Shown: piece by piece, positions 58,624 through 64,000 of the stretch | Numbering within the stretch: the stretch's first letter is position 1 | How the letters are laid out: each line of letters starts with the position of its first letter | From: Eukaryota sp. TZLM1-RC | Lineage: Eukaryota > Protista > Metamonada: BaSk clade | Length of the DNA: 64,000 nucleotides | NCBI GenBank assembly: GCA_040285825.1 | Contig: JAUPSS010000012.1 | Location: 496,001-560,000 of the forward strand | Direction: 5' to 3' | Program-made: the position numbers and the translations under genes | The notes under the pieces: model-generated | What the model was told of the DNA's origin: nothing | The model's input: the letters and a program-made list of their open reading frames with translations, nothing else | The model's database searches: none

Positions 58624-59047
58624 TGCCCAAGTGTTGAGAAGCAGGTGGCCTTGAGTAAATGAGTATAGCAAATACTTGAATCGTTAATTTAAGGGTTAAG
58701 GGTTACTTGGTGCAAAACAATACGACACAAAATTGTCCAATTTTCCCGTCACCAGCTATGGTTCCATGATTTGTCGGAATACGGTATTACTGTTGTGCCT
58801 AACCCAATTGCATTTCGCATATTTCCAAAAAAGTCCAACTTCAGAACCACTTTAGAATATTCAAATAAAAACTGTTCGTTAGTAAACCGCCGTTTGCTAT
58901 TTACGGTCGTTTTTTTTGAATTTTGAACAGATATGACGGTTCTGTTGTTTCTGCCTTGTCAACTGTCAAATTCCACATACAATTACACCTCAAAAGAGGC
59001 ACATTGCTTTCACGAGATTCAATGGTCCCAATACAATTAATCACATG

Positions 59048-59427
59048 TGATGGTGTTGCTTGCTGCTGCTGTTCTTTATGTGAAGTTACAACACAGTGAA
59101 TCCAAATCACACCAAAAAAGTAATTAAACTGGGTCATTTGCTAGAGCTGGCTGAAGTGAATCCTGAATTCACTCGAGCCCACTTGTTCCCATCTTCACAA
59201 TTTGGTCTTCACTTTATTTTCTTCCCCTCATACCTCACCATTCAACTTCGTATCTATCTCTGTTTCTTTCTTATGTTAGTCTTGAATAGTATTTATAGTT
59301 AATAGTTTAGTTATTAGTATTCCGCCTGTTAGCTTAAGAAGAGAGAATACAATTCCTCTTCCTAATAAATTACACTTCTGTTATACTACACTGTATGAAT
59401 TCTAACTCACAACAGCCAAGACCATCA
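59048..59427 (+). repeat. candidate 5' LTR of the Ty3/Gypsy element
   Basis: TG...CA ends with a 10/11 inverted repeat TGATGGTGTTG/CAAGACCATCA. Internal AATAAA. The second LTR is outside the window, so the boundary is unverified. Confidence 0.45.
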
Positions 59428-62400
59428 ATACGTATTGGGTCGTCCCCGGCTCAGCGTAGGATCCTTGAGGAAGAGACTGGTCCCTCTTCCTCACCACTAA
59501 CCACAGACCCTGCTTCCGTGCCTCCTTCTTCGGTTGAAGCTTCTGCGCTTCCTGAAGCAACTCTTCCCGAGGGTTCTACCCCAAAGGAAGATAGTTCCCT
59601 TCCTGAGGATTCCGTTCCAATGGAAGGAAGTTCCTCTCCTCGGGATTCCGTTCCTGCGGAAGGAGACAACCCTTCTAAGGATTCTATTCCTTCTGAAGGA
59701 AGAAGTCCTTCATTAGTCTCCTACGACGATGAAGATGTTGAGGATTCCGTTGCTCCTCTTCCCCCTTCGCAATTGAGGGCATCCGAAGTCCCACCTTCTC
59801 CCCTCCCTGGAAGAAGTTCTGAAGTACCATCTTCACCTTCTACTCAGAGCAGAGAGACTGTTCAACCTTCTCTCACTGCAAAAGAAGGATTGGAAGACCA
59901 ACTCTCTTCCCCCTCTAAGAAGGCCATTGAAGTACCATCTTCATCCCTCTCATCTAGTTCTGAGGTTCCACCCTCTCACTCTCAACAGCTTCTTCCTCCA
60001 GTTCCAACTGTTAGGAGGAACATTCAAAATCCTGCTGTTCCAGCTTCAGGATCTCCTCTGACTTCAACAGTTAGTGGAGTTAATAATCTGTCTGTTTCCC
60101 CTCACCAAGCTAGTGATTCCATTCCTAGCCTTTCGAACCTTCCTTCGTATCTTTCCGAAGAGCAAAGGAAAAGGTACGAACAAATCTTTTCAGATTTGGT
60201 TGAGTACGAGGAACCTCCCAAGGAATTCTCCCCTCTACCTCAACATCAGGTCCCTCCCACGGCACCTTCTTCTGAAATTGACAGAATTCCTGGTGAGGTC
60301 CCTAAAGAATATATAAAGCGTTTTCTTCAAGAAGAACGAAACTGGGAACACAGAAAAAGACTGGATAGAGAGATTGAAGCTAGAAGAGGAACATCCTCTA
60401 CACAGGCTCAACCTACCCCTTCTCAAACTAGCTCCCACGCTAGCTCAAGTGTTCATCATGGTGCTTCCCGTCAGCACAACCCTTACGCTAGATATAGGGA
60501 CACACGAGTCATTCCAGAGGACCCAGAGGCCATCCCTCCCACGGAGATGAGCAACAAGCGTCCTCCTTTCTACGGTCCCAAAGTCGAGAACGACTTAGGA
60601 ATATGGATCTCTCCCAGAATTGGTCCATTTCTTTCCGATGAAAGGATCACCCCAGAAACCTCCAGGAATGACCCTGAACCAACTTATGAACCAAGACCCG
60701 GAGTTAGGTTCATGAGAACTACTCGAGAAGGAGTATTCAGACGCTTCGCTGGAGATGAAGACAACCTCTTCTTAAATGTTTACAACCCTTGCCCATACCC
60801 TAGGTTCAGCCCTGGGTACAACGCATCTCTCGATATCCTTATCGACAGAGATTATAGAACAGGGTGGTGGTTTACCGAAACCACATATGGCGAAAGACTC
60901 TTTCTATATGATAGACGTCCCGATCATATAGCTTCATATTGTGGTCCTGACCACAGAAGATCTGGTAATCTTCAAAGAGCCCTCCAGCTCGTCACCGTTT
61001 TCCCTGGATGCATAGAATCCAGGATGTTAAAGTGGGTAATGGTAGAAGGTCGTATAGAGAAAACACGCTTGGTTCAACCAGCGATCTCTTCTTATCAGGT
61101 TCCAGCCCAGATTGAAGAGATAGAACCTTCTCCTGAACCCCACCAACGCGAAGTTCCACCTTCCACAGATCAACCTATGGAAACTTCTACAGAACCCTCG
61201 CATAATCCTCCCATGGAACAAACTGAAGAGGATGTGGTAGTAGAAGTCAGTGATGAGTCCCCAACTCCAGACTCAATTCCAACTGTGCTAGCACCAATGG
61301 AACAAACTCCAGCACCTGCACAGCCTATGGAACAATCAGTGGTTCCACCCACACCTCCCTCCACTAGTTCTACAAGTTCTCAGCCCCCGGTTCAACCAAC
61401 ACCTTCCACAGTAAGTTCTTCTCGTTCTACATTCTCGAATACTTACGACAGCAACCTTCTCCTATCTTCCATGGTGGGATCAAGAGACAGGGACAATAGA
61501 CGTAGGGACCGTCCCAAACGTCCAACTCTCGATGCTTCAGACTTAAGAGATGTTGATAAACTCCTAAAGTTTGTTAACAAATTCATTCTCTGGAGTCGCA
61601 CCGACAGAATAGTCGATGAGGCTCGAGGTAATATCGAAGACCCTGCTCAAGTTGCTTTGGCCAGCGAAGTTGCCAGACTTCGCGAAGAACTCGAACTAGC
61701 CAGATCAGCAGAATTGGCATCTGACCAACGGTTCGACAGCGAACCAGTTCACGAATGGGATCTCTTCCGATCCGCCATGCGCATTAGTCCCAGAGGTTTA
61801 GCTGAATGCGTAACACCTGAAGCTCTCAACGCTTTAAGGTATCAAGGCACTGGCCTTTCAATTTCCTCTGCGATGGTCCCAACCAGCAGAGACGAACGCA
61901 ACATTTGGGAACAGATCCTAAGGAGAACCCAATTCAGTAGACTGGATCAAGCCCTGGACGCACTTCATGCTGTAAACATGGACTGGTCAGAGAGAGATTA
62001 TGGTAACCGATGGATTGACTTCATGCTCAACATTGGCAGAGTTTTAACGCGTTCCACCGCTATCCAAGATGTTCGTGGTCTGACTCAACAGATGAGGCAC
62101 ATCACCATCCATGGTAATCCCATCGACCGACTTCCCGAATGGGAAATTGCTTCTCACGTTATTGAGAGCATAGGTATTACAGTTATCAGGGACAGACTCC
62201 TCAGGATCTGGTCCAATCCCTCCCATTACTACTCAGATGGCCACATTCTAGGAGAATTTTTCAGTGTTCTCCAAATAGAATACGAAAATTTCTGTAATGC
62301 TAGATCTTTTAAGGAGCAGATCAATCACGTGGACTTCTTGTATCAAAACAGAATCTCGTTTCAGACTGAGAACCGTCGCAGACAGACGGTACCTTCTCCC

Positions 62401-64000
62401 CCTGCTATCCCCAAACCAAGAGGTTCCAGCTCTGGCAGGCGCCCAAAACAACAACGACGAGAAGGAAGCTCTACTCAACCGTCTTCCACTCAGTCTGACG
62501 CCAACGTCCAATGCAATTTCTGTAAACAAATGGGTCATCCGACTGAAAGGTGCCCTAGTGAGGACTGCCAAAGAAGCAAAAAGTGGAGAGAGCAACAAGC
62601 TCAACACAAAGCTCGAGGCAGAAGTTCTAGAGGTTCTGGTTTCCGTAGTCGAAGAGGCACTCGCGGCAGAGGCAGAGGCTCTTCATCATATAATAAACGT
62701 TCCCGTCACTATTTACACAGTTTTGAAACCATACCCCCTACAACTACAATGCATTCCCACACAGAAAACACAACATGGAAAGATTCCCTAATCAATCCTT
62801 TGGCCAACTTGGAACATACCAAGACGCATAACATTCAAGCTAATTTCTTCTCAGAACAAGCCGAATATGATTCTGACACAATATTCATGGTACAATCCAT
62901 AAAGTCCACAACCAACTGCCTTCAATTAAACTTCTTGATCAACAATGTCGAGGTTAAAGGCATAATCGACTCTGGCGCAACATGCTCAGTAGTCACGGAA
63001 GACGTCATCAGCAATTGTAACATGGCACGTTCCAACGAAACCATATCATACAAGATTGCTGATGGAACCACCTCACAGTCCCTCGGTACTGCTTCTGGAA
63101 CCCTTAGCATTAGACTAGGCAGTGTTACCCAGATTGTACACGTGAAACACAAGTTCAGCATCGTTCCTGGACATGAGACCATTCTCATTGGTGCTGACTT
63201 ATTGAGTCACCTTGGGCTGATGAACAACAAGGGCATTTATATTAGAATGGACGACGCCTGTCGCACATTACTATTACCTGAAGCTGAATTCGATCATCGA
63301 ATATCACAAGCTTCGGAAGTCGTCAACGTTTCCACACGTTGGTTGGAACACATCAACTCATCTGGTTGTACCATCAACCTCGACAACGACCATTTCAAGA
63401 AGTCCCTACTTCAAACTTTGAAAGAGTTCGAAGACGTATTTACCCTCAAGCCTCATGCTGAAGGTATTGATTGCCCTCCCATGGAAATCAACTTCTACAA
63501 CGAAGACGTCAGAGTTAGAAGACCCCCCAGGACCCTGAATCCAGCCAGGCTAGAGGTCGCTAACCAAATTTTCGACGAACTCGTAGACTCAGGATTTGCT
63601 GTCCCATCGAACCATGAGTTCAGCTCCCCTGTCTGCCTAGTGGTCTACCCAGATCACCGTAAGCCCCGCCTTACCGGTGACTATAGTGGCAAGGACGGAG
63701 TCAACGCCAACACCATCCCTGTTGAGCCCAACCTTCCAAGGATCTCCGATGTGCTGGTATTTCTCTCCCAAGCGAACTACATAGGCACCCTTGACCTCCC
63801 CAAAGCCTTTTGGCAACTCAAGATTGCCGAAAAGGATTGGCAGAAAACAGCCCTGAGCATTCCTGGCAAAAGCATCATGTTCAAACGTGCAGCTTTTGGC
63901 CTAAAGAATGTCCCAGCCGTTTTCCAAAACGTCATGGCTGACATCTTCTCGGGAGACGGTGTCTTCATTTACATAGACGACATCATAATCATAGGTTCAA
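59395..64000 (+). mobile_element. Ty3/Gypsy LTR retrotransposon, single Gag-PR-RT ORF (>1535 codons, open at the window edge)
   Basis: Frame 1 read codon by codon with no stop from ATG 59395. CNFCKQMGHPTERC knuckle (62512-62553), protease GIIDSGA (~62968) and ILIGAD, RT motifs LDLPKAFWQ, AFGLKNVPAVFQ and YIDD (63970). PR-then-RT order indicates Ty3/Gypsy. Confidence 0.95.

Noticed and set aside
58689-58706. TTAAGGG telomere-like repeat (also ~29956)
   Set aside because: Only about two units, so not an array.
58791-59414. Alternative Gypsy LTR boundary TGTTGTG...CACAACA
   Set aside because: Only a 7-bp inverted match and no PBS-like sequence follows. It cannot be excluded without the 3' LTR, so it is not reported as a feature.
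62248-62791. ORFs 62297..62791 (+) and 62248..62607 (-), and other short ORFs in 59-64 kb
   Set aside because: Shadow frames of the long frame-1 Gag-Pol ORF.

Overview
AT-rich eukaryotic (protist) DNA in the standard genetic code. It is gene-sparse and dense in mobile elements. Housekeeping genes (PGK, proteasome beta-6/PSMB1, an HDHD5-like HAD hydrolase) carry tiny 28-31 nt spliceosomal introns, all with a branch-point-like A seven nucleotides from the 3' end. Other genes are a BHMT-like methyltransferase, a transmembrane metallophosphoesterase, a CREST/ceramidase, an alpha/beta hydrolase, tRNA-Ile(AAT), a RING-kinase-TM protein, a TRIM-like and a BTB protein that share an unrecognised ~150-aa module, two RCC1-LRR paralogs, and a head-to-head pair of secreted Cys-rich two-domain proteins. 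Mobile DNA includes about 14 pieces of CRE-like (RLE) non-LTR retrotransposons (one apparently intact ORF runs off the left edge), MULE, hAT and IS630/Tc1 relics, a hAT MITE, a non-autonomous LTR element with 92-bp LTRs, and a Ty3/Gypsy element whose >1500-codon ORF (absent from the ORF track) runs off the right edge. The main discovery is two different, divergently oriented, decayed Fanzor1 (eukaryotic TnpB-like RNA-guided nuclease) genes at ~19.9-23.6 kb. One has an in-frame C-terminal CCHC zinc knuckle. The other is invisible in the ORF track and is split by a retrotransposon with a 12-bp TSD. All family calls come from recognising motifs by eye; no searches were run. A metamonad-like host is only a guess from intron style.
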